The notes under the pieces were generated by a model, which made no database searches, was not told the origin of the DNA, and saw only the letters and a program-made list of their open reading frames with translations. From an uncultured Bacteroidales bacterium (lineage in GTDB: Bacteria; Bacteroidota; Bacteroidia; Bacteroidales; WCHB1-69), in NCBI GenBank assembly GCA_900316305.1, contig ONCM01000011.1:1863-65862 (forward strand): a stretch of DNA of 64,000 nucleotides, read 5' to 3'. Shown here in pieces: positions 54,785-62,749 of the stretch (position 1 is its first letter; each line of letters opens with the position of its first letter). The position numbers and the translations under genes are program-made.

Positions 54785-55805
54785 TTTTCCATTTGTTTTT
54801 TGTTGTCATGAACCAAGAACGAATATTTAAGGCATAACCAACATCTTCAATAATGTCAGCCGCTTTCCTGACTACAGGTCCACCTGCTTCCTCAAATAGT
54901 TTAAGTGTTTTCCCAACCCCAAGTGTTGCCAAGTCTATTATTGCCCATTCTTTGTCTGATTTAGATGCTTTGTCTCCAAACATATTCTCTCCCTTGCCCA
55001 ATATCATGATATCATTTATTTGTGAAGTGATTGGCAATGCCGTGACCAAACCCTGACCAATAGCCACACCCTTTTGTGCTGCTTTCCTGTCAAAATCATC
55101 CAATTTCTCACGTCTTGTTCTCGGATCAAGGATAATTGGGGATTTAACCACTCCATCAGAAGATTGTCCAATCATAGGGATTGACGCGTCATCTTCCACA
55201 TATTGAGGTTTTGTATAACTGACATATTCTCGTTTGTTGTCAATGGAAAATTTCCCAGAAAACTTATCCCTTCTTGAATTCCTTTTGATAATTCCGCCAG
55301 TATGATGCTCTTTTCGGTATCGTCTTGCCTCCGCACGAGTGTCAAATTCACCATTGGGATCCACCATAATTATTGGGTTATTCCTGCAATAAGCGTATGG
55401 AGAAGTTGAGGCATATTTCGCTGCCATCGGGTCCACGCTCAGCCAGATGCTTAGGTCGGAGGAGTAATACCGTGAGCCAAAGTAACTTAAACCAGTTTCC
55501 AAGTCCTTTTCTTTTGCGGAGAAGGTGAAAGACAATGATGAATGATAAATGATGAATGATGAATAGTGACTGGGAGCATGCTGGCGGTTTTGTTGGAAAT
55601 TCCGCCACACGGTTGTGGTCGGCCGTGGCCGGGGATGGTTGGGAGTGTGGCGGAATGGTGGTGGGTAGGCAGTGAGTTGCGACCGTTCGCGCGCGCAGGC
55701 CGTAGGTCTGCAGGGCTTGGTGGCGGGGAAAAGGCACAACCGGTGGCGCGCGCCGGAGGTGTGCGGGCACGTGGAGAACAGGCGATATGTTCGGGTGACG
55801 GACAT
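54765..55805 (-). CDS. Cassette 2: leader plus Rhs core-end plus variable toxin domain
   Basis: The ATG at 55805 is in frame with FTFSAKEKDLETGLSYFGSRYYSSDLSIWLSVDPMAAKYASTSPYAYCRNNPIIMVDPNGE, followed by a unique basic tail. Confidence 0.6.
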   Translation of the reverse strand: MSVTRTYRLFSTCPHTSGARHRLCLFPATKPCRPTACARERSQLTAYPPPFRHTPNHPRPRPTTTVWRNFQQNRQHAPSHYSSFIIYHSSLSFTFSAKEKDLETGLSYFGSRYYSSDLSIWLSVDPMAAKYASTSPYAYCRNNPIIMVDPNGEFDTRAEARRYRKEHHTGGIIKRNSRRDKFSGKFSIDNKREYVSYTKPQYVEDDASIPMIGQSSDGVVKSPIILDPRTRREKLDDFDRKAAQKGVAIGQGLVTALPITSQINDIMILGKGENMFGDKASKSDKEWAIIDLATLGVGKTLKLFEEAGGPVVRKAADIIEDVGYALNIRSWFMTTKNKWKNGKKKK

Positions 55806-55837
55806 CAGATTTTGACAGGGTGGATGAATGAGATATC
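55530..55837 (-). repeat. GC-rich leader of cassette 2
   Basis: ATG at 55805. The same 12-bp inverted repeat ATTCCGCCACAC/GTGTGGCGGAAT (55599-55610 / 55645-55656). A CATTCAT heptamer array lies directly before FTFS. Confidence 0.8.
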
Positions 55838-56476
55838 TTATTTTATTATAGGATTTTCCATGACAGAATATGGATACCTATCAGACCATTTTAAAGCGAT
55901 AAAATTTCCACCATGATAAGCATAGACCGCTAAAAAAGGATCTATGTGAAGAAAGTATTCTATACCATCACAATAATACATTCCATCAATATAACGAGCT
56001 TCCTTGCCATCAATCGTCAATGTAAGATGTGGCAATAGAGTGTCCTCCCGAGATTTGATAACCGATAAATGTGCCATCCACGAGAGATCGTCGGGAAGTT
56101 GTTCCGTTTTGTTCGTTTTTTTCAAGAAAAGTCCATACGATTCACCAAATATATAACAGTCCCTTTTATTATAATACAAGTGACCCGTTAAAGGATTATC
56201 CGTGTATATGCCACCATAATTACAACATAATTCAGGAAGAAAAGTCTTTGGAGCATAACCGATATATGTAAAAGTCGTATCGTTTCTTTGAACGAAATTT
56301 ATCAGGAATATATAATCTTCTTTGGAATCTGAAATGTTAGAGGAAAGTATTTGTTTGAAACACTTGTTTTTAACACGAAGTTGTTGTAGTTTAACCTTGT
56401 TTTGTGAATCTACTTGCGCATCACAAATCAAAGGAATCAACAATAACAACAAATAGAATTTATATAACTTTTTCAT
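55838..56476 (-). CDS. Putative immunity protein of cassette 3 (exported)
   Basis: Signal peptide MKKLYKFYLLLLLIPLICDAQ. Starts 8 nt after the toxin stop if ATG 56476 is used. Confidence 0.45.
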   Translation of the reverse strand: MKKLYKFYLLLLLIPLICDAQVDSQNKVKLQQLRVKNKCFKQILSSNISDSKEDYIFLINFVQRNDTTFTYIGYAPKTFLPELCCNYGGIYTDNPLTGHLYYNKRDCYIFGESYGLFLKKTNKTEQLPDDLSWMAHLSVIKSREDTLLPHLTLTIDGKEARYIDGMYYCDGIEYFLHIDPFLAVYAYHGGNFIALKWSDRYPYSVMENPIIK

Positions 56477-56484
56477 TGATACAA

Positions 56485-57444
56485 TCATTTGAACCAAAGG
56501 CGATGAGTTGCTTGAAACAGATTGATTGACTTTTGAATATTCTTGGATATTTCATATCTGTAGTTTTGTTGGTCATCCGTCGAAACGTAACGGTGACGAA
56601 AAGCTTCATAGACTTTATATGTATTGGGATTATTTATCATCATAGGAATATCACAAGTTGGGCAAGGTTTACCATCCGGACCTCTGTAACTTAATTTATG
56701 TCTATAACTCCAATGACTGTGAATTTGGTATTTGACATTTTCGGGAGAACGGACTTGGTTGAAAACATCCTGATGAGATGTTCCAACAATGGTTTCTGTT
56801 TCACCAATATTCAATGCCCATTCAACATCAGTGTTTTCCGCTGCAAATTCGAAGAAATCGGTGGCAACGTTAGCATCATCAAATGACATGATATGTGTAA
56901 TGAAATCTATTTTTTTGCTAGGGTCATTTTTGTCTAGTATCAACTCTCCAGGATAGTTGTCAGAATTATGATTGATTGAACCCGCTTTATAATACCGACT
57001 AATTTCTTTCCCATTTTTATCTGTTGCATATACAATATCCACATCTGTTCTACCATTATCTCTTTTAGTCAAAGTTCCATCTCGTGCCAGATCCCACTCA
57101 TCCTCCCCATTCGGATCAACCACTTTTATAGGGTTATTGCTGCAATAAACATAGTTAGATTGATTTGGATATTTCCCCGCCATCGGGTCCACACTCAGCC
57201 ACACACTCAAATCGCTGTTGTAATACCGTGAGCCGAAGTAAGATAAGCCGGTTTCGGAGTCCTTTTCTTTGGCGGAGAAGGTGAAAGTCAGAGAGTTAGC
57301 AGTTAGCAGTGAGTAGTTAGCAGTTGGACGGAGGGAGGCAGAATAGTGTATCTCTGCGTATCGCGCATGTAGGCACGTATTTGTCCGCAGACAATCTGCG
57401 GAATTCTGCGGGATCAGTGGGCTATATGTGGAGGCGGCGGGCAT
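56485..57444 (-). CDS. Cassette 3: leader plus Rhs core-end plus variable toxin domain (contains an IHSH motif)
   Basis: The ATG at 57444 is in frame with LTFTFSAKEKDSETGLSYFGSRYYNSDLSVWLSVDPMAGKYPNQSNYVYCSNNPIKVVDPNGED, followed by a unique tail. Confidence 0.6.
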   Translation of the reverse strand: MPAASTYSPLIPQNSADCLRTNTCLHARYAEIHYSASLRPTANYSLLTANSLTFTFSAKEKDSETGLSYFGSRYYNSDLSVWLSVDPMAGKYPNQSNYVYCSNNPIKVVDPNGEDEWDLARDGTLTKRDNGRTDVDIVYATDKNGKEISRYYKAGSINHNSDNYPGELILDKNDPSKKIDFITHIMSFDDANVATDFFEFAAENTDVEWALNIGETETIVGTSHQDVFNQVRSPENVKYQIHSHWSYRHKLSYRGPDGKPCPTCDIPMMINNPNTYKVYEAFRHRYVSTDDQQNYRYEISKNIQKSINLFQATHRLWFK

Positions 57445-57475
57445 AGGATTTTGATGGGGCGATGAGAAGTTTTTA
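57286..57475 (-). repeat. GC-rich leader of cassette 3
   Basis: ATGCCCGCCGCC start. GCTAACT heptamers lie directly before FTFS. Confidence 0.75.
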
Positions 57476-57531
57476 TTAATTTGACGTTCACAATTCGGGG
57501 AATGTTCACAATTGGTATTGTTTCTCTATCA

Positions 57532-58113
57532 TTATTTTGTAGTATAAAAACGATCACATTTGATGATTTTGTTCGCTTTGTGTTTATTAATAGGTTTGTT
57601 GATTCGAATCGCAGAAGAAATGCAATCGTTTAACGCTGCTGTGTCTCTTTCGGATGCTTGAGCATATCCTACATATAAATGTTCAAATCCTCTATTGCTT
57701 ACTCCATATATATGATTTGGTTTTTCCAAGTTATAAAACAAATAATATCTCCAAAAAGTACTACCGTATCTTCCACTTTCATATAAAACACCTTCTATGG
57801 GTATATCAATTCTTTCTCCCATTTGTAAAAGGCACTGGGTTCTCAGAAGAAAGTTGTACAAAGTGTCCTGTGATTTATACGGGTATTCTTCACTAATGTA
57901 AAATACAGCGTCATGATAGGAGAACGTATAAGCATCGGAATGTCCACTTATAATGGTTTCAATTGTACTATTGAGTGGCAATTTCACCATATATGCAGGA
58001 GAGTCTTCCAATGGTTTGTATAAAAAAACTTTACAAAAATGCTTTTCTATTTTAAATGCACAACTTGCTGTTATCAGACACACTATGGAAAGCATAAGTT
58101 TACTTTTTTTCAT
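57532..58113 (-). CDS. Putative immunity lipoprotein of cassette 4
   Basis: Lipobox LITASC. Overlaps the toxin ORF end by 14 nt. Confidence 0.45.
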   Translation of the reverse strand: MKKSKLMLSIVCLITASCAFKIEKHFCKVFLYKPLEDSPAYMVKLPLNSTIETIISGHSDAYTFSYHDAVFYISEEYPYKSQDTLYNFLLRTQCLLQMGERIDIPIEGVLYESGRYGSTFWRYYLFYNLEKPNHIYGVSNRGFEHLYVGYAQASERDTAALNDCISSAIRINKPINKHKANKIIKCDRFYTTK

Positions 58114-59197
58114 AAGATTCTATATTAAAGGGCAAAAATGGACCTGTTTTATCATCGTTCAATAAGGAAGGACCTGTTCCTCCCAAATATTGCCCATCCT
58201 TACTCCATTTGACAATATAATGCGTTCTATATCCAAAGCCCAATTCTTTGCGTACAAGGTTTTCTCTATAACAAGCGACCCATTCATTTTTTTCGATTTT
58301 TTCATCAGATGTGCAATCTCTCCCAACTAAAGTGAAATCTCTCCAATTGTTATTGTCATCAAATGCATGGGATAGTTCATGCGCTAAATCGCAGGTGCCA
58401 TTATATTCTCCTAATGGATTTCCTTGTACAGGTAATCTTGTCCCATTTGGAGCCCATGTTATAGTGTTTTGTTCTTTTTTCTCATACCAACTTGTACCAG
58501 CTTTAATCGTATATTGAGTTCCTGAATTTTGTAAATCAGAAATCATACGATTCCCCTCCGTTGTCTTATTTATTTTGTCCAACGAATATTTAGCTTTATT
58601 AACAAAACGATTCTGTTGGCGCTCATTGAGAACAGCACCTTTTATGTGAGTTAAAGTACCATCTTTTTCATATCTATATTGAGAGCCTCGCCATTCAATT
58701 ACTATCTCTTCCCCATTCGGATCCACCAGTTTCACTGGGTTATCCGCGCAATAAACATACGGCGACAGCGACGCATATTTGTCACTCATCGGATCCACGC
58801 TCAACCAAATGGAGAGGTCGCTGCTGTAATACCGTGAGCCAAAGTAAGATAGACCGGTTTCGGAGTCCTTTTCTTTTGCGGAGAAGGTGAAAATCCAGTT
58901 AGCAGTCAGCAGTGAGTAGTTAGCAGTTGGGCGGAGAACAGTGGGATGCGTGGCAGTGATTCGGAGCGGCAGGCTTTCCCCGGTAGGGGATGAAGCGCGG
59001 TAGGACGGGGACACACCGCAGTCACCATGTCCCGCAGGGACAGAAGCTCGGTAGGAACCGGAAGCGGCGCGGGGTTTCCCAAGCCCCTTCAGGGGCGAGA
59101 CATGGCTCCGCGGATCGCGCGGATCACACGGATTTCCGCGAAGAGGGTCTGCGGGGAACGGCGGGAGCGGCGGGCGATATGTTCGGTGGCGGTTCAT
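58100..59197 (-). CDS. Cassette 4: leader plus Rhs core-end plus HExxH metallopeptidase-like toxin domain
   Basis: The ATG at 59197 (MNRHRTYRPP...) is in frame with FTFSAKEKDSETGLSYFGSRYYSSDLSIWLSVDPMSDKYASLSPYVYCADNPVKLVDPNGEE. The tail contains AHELSHAFD. Confidence 0.6.
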   Translation of the reverse strand: MNRHRTYRPPLPPFPADPLRGNPCDPRDPRSHVSPLKGLGKPRAASGSYRASVPAGHGDCGVSPSYRASSPTGESLPLRITATHPTVLRPTANYSLLTANWIFTFSAKEKDSETGLSYFGSRYYSSDLSIWLSVDPMSDKYASLSPYVYCADNPVKLVDPNGEEIVIEWRGSQYRYEKDGTLTHIKGAVLNERQQNRFVNKAKYSLDKINKTTEGNRMISDLQNSGTQYTIKAGTSWYEKKEQNTITWAPNGTRLPVQGNPLGEYNGTCDLAHELSHAFDDNNNWRDFTLVGRDCTSDEKIEKNEWVACYRENLVRKELGFGYRTHYIVKWSKDGQYLGGTGPSLLNDDKTGPFLPFNIESYEKK

Positions 59198-59230
59198 AGG
59201 CGTTTTTGACGGGGCGAAGATACGAAAAAA
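58892..59230 (-). repeat. GC-rich leader of cassette 4
   Basis: TATCTTCG box, ATGAACCGCCACC, block CGGAAATCCGTGTGATCCGCGCGATCCGCGGAG, hairpins GCCCCTGAAGGGGC and TCCCCTACCGGGGA, and GCTAACT heptamers. Confidence 0.8.
59215..59222 (-). promoter_or_regulatory. Variant -7-like box TATCTTCG at the 5' end of the cassette-4 leader
   Basis: 17 nt upstream of the leader ATG at 59197. Confidence 0.35.
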
Positions 59231-59317
59231 TTGGGGTTATATGAGTTGATGTGTTGTCCGAAATTCAGGGAAGATTATAATCCTTTGATAATAAAGATTA
59301 GTATCGCTACAGGAAAA

Positions 59318-59974
59318 TCACCATGCAATAGTCCAACAATATACACGATTCGTTGTGTTCTTGTCAAATGCGACTCCGCTATTATAACCATGTTTTATCC
59401 GGTCAGGCAATAAATCCCAGTTATATTCATAATCCTGAGGCAGAATAAAACCGTCTCCAAATTTCATCACACAAAAAACGATTGAATCTTGAGAAAACCG
59501 AGAATGTTTAGGGCCGTTTGAAAGAAAATCACAAATGTGCTTGAAATTGGGAATAAGATGCCCGCAGTCAGGTACGTTCTCAAAAAGTCTCTCCAACATG
59601 ATGGTGTCGTATTCAGATCTCAGCGATCGTTCATTGCTAAACGAGACAAACAAGCTGTCATTTTGGTTGACAACATATGTCGCAGATCGTAAGCATTGAT
59701 TTTGGAATCTTTGCATTTGATCGGAATCTTTGCATTGATACACCTTCCATCGGTACAATAGCTCAAATTCATCTGTAAAATAAGGGTATTGGCGATCAAC
59801 AACATTCCCTCCCATTCCAATCAATGTGAAATGTTTTATAGTATCAAATTCGTGAAAAACACTATCAGGAATAACGTAATCATTTTGAAAAAACGCACTT
59901 TTATGAATGTTTTGACACGATGCAAGACAAAAGACAAAATTCATTATTTGCAACATTAATACATATTTTCGCAT
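59318..59974 (-). CDS. Putative immunity lipoprotein of cassette 5
   Basis: MRKYVLMLQIMNFVFCLASC lipobox. The ATG at 59974 lies 4 nt after the toxin stop; the upstream part of the 316-aa track ORF is read-through of the toxin region in another frame. Confidence 0.45.
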   Translation of the reverse strand: MRKYVLMLQIMNFVFCLASCQNIHKSAFFQNDYVIPDSVFHEFDTIKHFTLIGMGGNVVDRQYPYFTDEFELLYRWKVYQCKDSDQMQRFQNQCLRSATYVVNQNDSLFVSFSNERSLRSEYDTIMLERLFENVPDCGHLIPNFKHICDFLSNGPKHSRFSQDSIVFCVMKFGDGFILPQDYEYNWDLLPDRIKHGYNSGVAFDKNTTNRVYCWTIAW

Positions 59975-59978
59975 AATC

Positions 59979-60746
59979 TTAAAACATTTTGGAAATAACT
60001 TTGAGAACTTCAACGAATACATCAGTGACTGATTGTTGTTTCGAAGACTTAGAGTAATCATACATGCGTCGCTCGGTCGCTGAGTTGATATGAGTGGCTG
60101 AAAAAAAATGAATATCGTCTTTGACGTTTTTTCGTGACAAGACAGTATATCTGCTTGACGAGTTTTTTTTAGCATATGTCCAAGAAAAGATTTTAACAGC
60201 ATATTCTGATGTTTCAGTATGCGAAAAAGAATTTGGCCCCATAGCATCAGGGAAAGATTGTGTAACACTTCTTACTTCAACATCTTGAACCAACGGTCTT
60301 TTTTCATAACCCATATTATTCATAAATGCTTCGGCATTATCACCCGTAAATGTTGCGTTCGCTATTCCATCAACACCATCTTGTCGGCATGATACATCAC
60401 TTACCTTATCCAAATTAGAATTAATGGCATCATTGTCGGATTTGTCGAACATATTATTACTACCCATCCATTTCCACCCTTTTCCCTCCAATGATTTTTC
60501 ATCTCCTTTTCGGTAATCTCGATTGTAATATACATCCCCCGTCAACTCATTTTCAAACCAGTCCTCCCCATTCGGATCCACCAGTTTCACTGGGTTATCC
60601 GCGCAATAAACATACGGGCTCAGCGAGGCATATTTGTCACTCATTGGATCCACGCTCAACCAAATACTCAAATCGCTGCTGTAATAGCGTGAGCCAAAGT
60701 AAGATAGACCGGTTTCGGAGTCCTTTTCTTTTGCGGAGAAGGTGAA
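59979..60746 (-). pseudogene. Cassette 5: Rhs core-end plus variable toxin domain, out of frame with its leader ATG (no usable ATG)
   Basis: FTFSAKEKDSETGLSYFGSRYYSSDLSIWLSVDPMSDKYASLSPYVYCADNPVKLVDPNGED plus a unique tail. The leader ATG at 60831 is in a different frame; the only in-frame start is a TTG inside the core end. Confidence 0.5.
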
Positions 60747-60858
60747 AATAGCCCGGAACGGTGGCGGGTTCGTCCCAAATCCCCGGAAGGGGATTCATCG
60801 GTCTCTGGCGATATGGGCGGTGGCGGGGCATTGGTGATTATATAATAGTGCAAAAGTA
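60747..60858 (-). repeat. Short leader of cassette 5
   Basis: TACTTTTG box, ATGCCCCGCCACC, hairpin AATCCCCTTCCGGGGATT (60778-60795), and CCGTTCCGGGCTAT. Confidence 0.75.
60851..60858 (-). promoter_or_regulatory. -7 box TACTTTTG at the 5' end of the cassette-5 leader
   Basis: 19 nt upstream of the leader ATG at 60831. Back to back with the + strand box at 60904-60911. Confidence 0.4.
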
Positions 60859-60903
60859 CAAAAATATCATATACAAAATCAATGCAACTTCAAGATTTTT
60901 TTA

Positions 60904-60911
60904 TACTTTTG
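60904..60911 (+). promoter_or_regulatory. -7 box TACTTTTG for the + strand gene pair inside the array
   Basis: 16 nt upstream of the ATG at 60928. Confidence 0.45.
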
Positions 60912-60927
60912 CAAAAATATTTGACTT

Positions 60928-61266
60928 ATGCAGATTCTTCGACAGAAAATCACAAGAGAGCATCTCAAAACATTGGCAGCCAACACATTCGTTGATATGA
61001 TCAAATGTGTCGCCGATGTTAAACAAAATCTGTTGGCTGTTGATGCTGAACTACATGCCGACCTTGAATCCATGTTGCTTGAAAATGGTTCTGAACAGGG
61101 TTGTCTTTGGGGATTTAACCTCTATCCTGACGAAACTGGCGATGATTTCATCGAATTCGATTCTCTTATCAACATCCGCTCTTGGCAAGGGAACCGCAGC
61201 AGAGACGTTGAAGACGAAAGTGTGCGTCAGCAAATCAGAGAAATTGTTTCCAAATACATTGAATAA
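60928..61266 (+). CDS. Small conserved hypothetical protein (DUF5674-like by recollection)
   Basis: 112 aa. Perfect TACTTTTG box 16 nt upstream. Opposite strand to the whole array. Confidence 0.45.
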   Translation: MQILRQKITREHLKTLAANTFVDMIKCVADVKQNLLAVDAELHADLESMLLENGSEQGCLWGFNLYPDETGDDFIEFDSLINIRSWQGNRSRDVEDESVRQQIREIVSKYIE

Positions 61267-61268
61267 CC

Positions 61269-61595
61269 ATGCAGCACGAAACCCTCAGCAACGGCGCTTG
61301 GGCCGATATGACGTTGGCCCAGCAAATGGCAAACATTGGAAGTGAAAGTTACCGTGCCACAAAATGGCTTGCTAAAGGCCGCAGTGACAACGCCGAACGT
61401 GCTTTTGAGCGTATGCAAGAGCTGGTGGACCTCACTATCGCTTACGGTCGACGCAATTCCCCAAATCGATATTCTCTTCTGAAAGAAATCTGTCGCTTCA
61501 GGGAACTTTTCTGCAAGGCATTCCTCGATTCCAATCTGACCGAACTTTCTGCACTCAACCATTATCTCGATCATTTTGCTAAGATCAGGGCATAG
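61269..61595 (+). CDS. Small helical hypothetical protein, translationally coupled to the preceding gene
   Basis: 108 aa. Starts 2 nt after the upstream stop. Confidence 0.4.
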   Translation: MQHETLSNGAWADMTLAQQMANIGSESYRATKWLAKGRSDNAERAFERMQELVDLTIAYGRRNSPNRYSLLKEICRFRELFCKAFLDSNLTELSALNHYLDHFAKIRA

Positions 61596-61800
61596 AGTTA
61601 CACAGATCTCATGCATTTGGATGCATAGCAATAGCCCGGGACGTTTGCGGGTTCGTTCCAAATCCCCGTGAGGGAATTCATGAATCTCCGCGTGTCACAC
61701 GTATCCACACGTATTAGGGCTGCGGAAATCTGCGAGGTCTGTGATATTTGATGGTGGCGGGCATAGCGGATTTTTGAGGGGGCAATGATGTGAAATTAAA
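61596..61800 (-). repeat. Leader copy not followed by an Rhs core end (precedes the inverted two-gene insert)
   Basis: ATGCCCGCCACC at 61764, hairpin AATTCCCTCACGGGGATT (61661-78), and CCCGGGCTATTGCTATGCATCC. Confidence 0.7.
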
Positions 61801-61810
61801 TAATACAATA

Positions 61811-62377
61811 TTATTCTAATCCTGTGAAATATTCTCGAGCAGTATAAAAGGCTTTTTTAGACTCCTTTTCCATGAAAACAAAGTGCCATCTTGCTGTTGG
61901 CTGAAGAAAAAACGTGGATTTCACCCCATTGTATGTTATTTCTACTTCACAACTCTCACTTTCGAATTCTCTCTTTTCGAAAACACAATACTCCGACCAA
62001 TTCCTGCTATTATAGATGCTTTTTATTCTGTTTTTAGAATAATAGACAACATAAAAGTCTTCAACCATCACCCCACTAATGCCTGCGAGTTGTATTTTGT
62101 CATCCATATTGTACACATGACGATCTAACAGAAGTTTATCCCCAACTTTTATAGATAACGTATCGTTCTCATTTATTCCAAAAATTGTAAGCACTGCATG
62201 TCTCTTTTTATACGGTTTGGCAAAATCCCAGATCTCATCAGTGGTTTGCCAATGCCTTGTTACATGCTTCGATGGGCTGGCGTAATTTATTGAATCTTGA
62301 CCTAAGGCAGTTAACGCATATATGGTTGACATAAATATGAATACAAGTGATTTAATCTGATTATTTGTCTTGCTCAT
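61811..62377 (-). CDS. Putative immunity protein of cassette 6 (exported)
   Basis: Signal peptide ...MSTIYALTALGQ. Starts 9 nt after the toxin stop. Confidence 0.45.
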   Translation of the reverse strand: MSKTNNQIKSLVFIFMSTIYALTALGQDSINYASPSKHVTRHWQTTDEIWDFAKPYKKRHAVLTIFGINENDTLSIKVGDKLLLDRHVYNMDDKIQLAGISGVMVEDFYVVYYSKNRIKSIYNSRNWSEYCVFEKREFESESCEVEITYNGVKSTFFLQPTARWHFVFMEKESKKAFYTAREYFTGLE

Positions 62378-62386
62378 AGCGATTTG

Positions 62387-62749
62387 TCAATGATGGTTGT
62401 GTCGATAGTTTTCAAAATAATGCTTCAAAATTTCATCTCTCATCCTCTCCATTTTTCTTTTACTGAACGGATGAGAGGATTTATTCACGATCTTTGCGGT
62501 AAAGTTAATGGTGATAATTTTATTCCCATTCTCATCGATTGTTATGACTATTTCTATCTCCTCCCCATCCGGATCCACCAACTTCACCGGGTTGTCTGCG
62601 CAATAAACGTAAGGCGAAAGCGAAGGATATTTCCCCGCCATCGGGTCGACGCTCAACCAAATGCTCAAATCGCTGCTGTAATAGCGTGAGCCAAAGTAAC
62701 TTAAGCCGGTTTCAACATCCTTCTCTTTTGCGGAGAACGTGTAAGACAA
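62387..62749 (-). CDS. Cassette 6: Rhs core-end plus short toxin tail, out of frame with its leader ATG (only a TTG start)
   Basis: (L)SYTFSAKEKDVETGLSYFGSRYYSSDLSIWLSVDPMAGKYPSLSPYVYCADNPVKLVDPDGEE plus a 55-aa tail. The leader ATG at 62958 is in another frame. Confidence 0.45.
   Translation of the reverse strand: MSYTFSAKEKDVETGLSYFGSRYYSSDLSIWLSVDPMAGKYPSLSPYVYCADNPVKLVDPDGEEIEIVITIDENGNKIITINFTAKIVNKSSHPFSKRKMERMRDEILKHYFENYRHNHH

Noticed and set aside
54076-55916. Several 60-130 aa ORFs in both orientations inside the cassette leaders (54076-54384, 54162-54506, 54174-54365, 55378-55770, 55566-55916; also 58990-59209 and 62701-63042)
   Set aside because: They lie in GC-rich, stop-poor leader DNA and overlap one another in different frames. 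They encode Pro/Arg/Gly low-complexity strings. Only the frame that continues into the Rhs core end was retained, and even that is flagged as uncertain.
59318-60268. 316-aa track ORF taken as a single gene
   Set aside because: Its first 98 codons overlap the 3' part of the cassette-5 toxin in another frame. A lipoprotein signal with an ATG at 59974, 4 nt after the toxin stop, matches the spacing seen in the other cassettes, so only 59318-59974 was kept.
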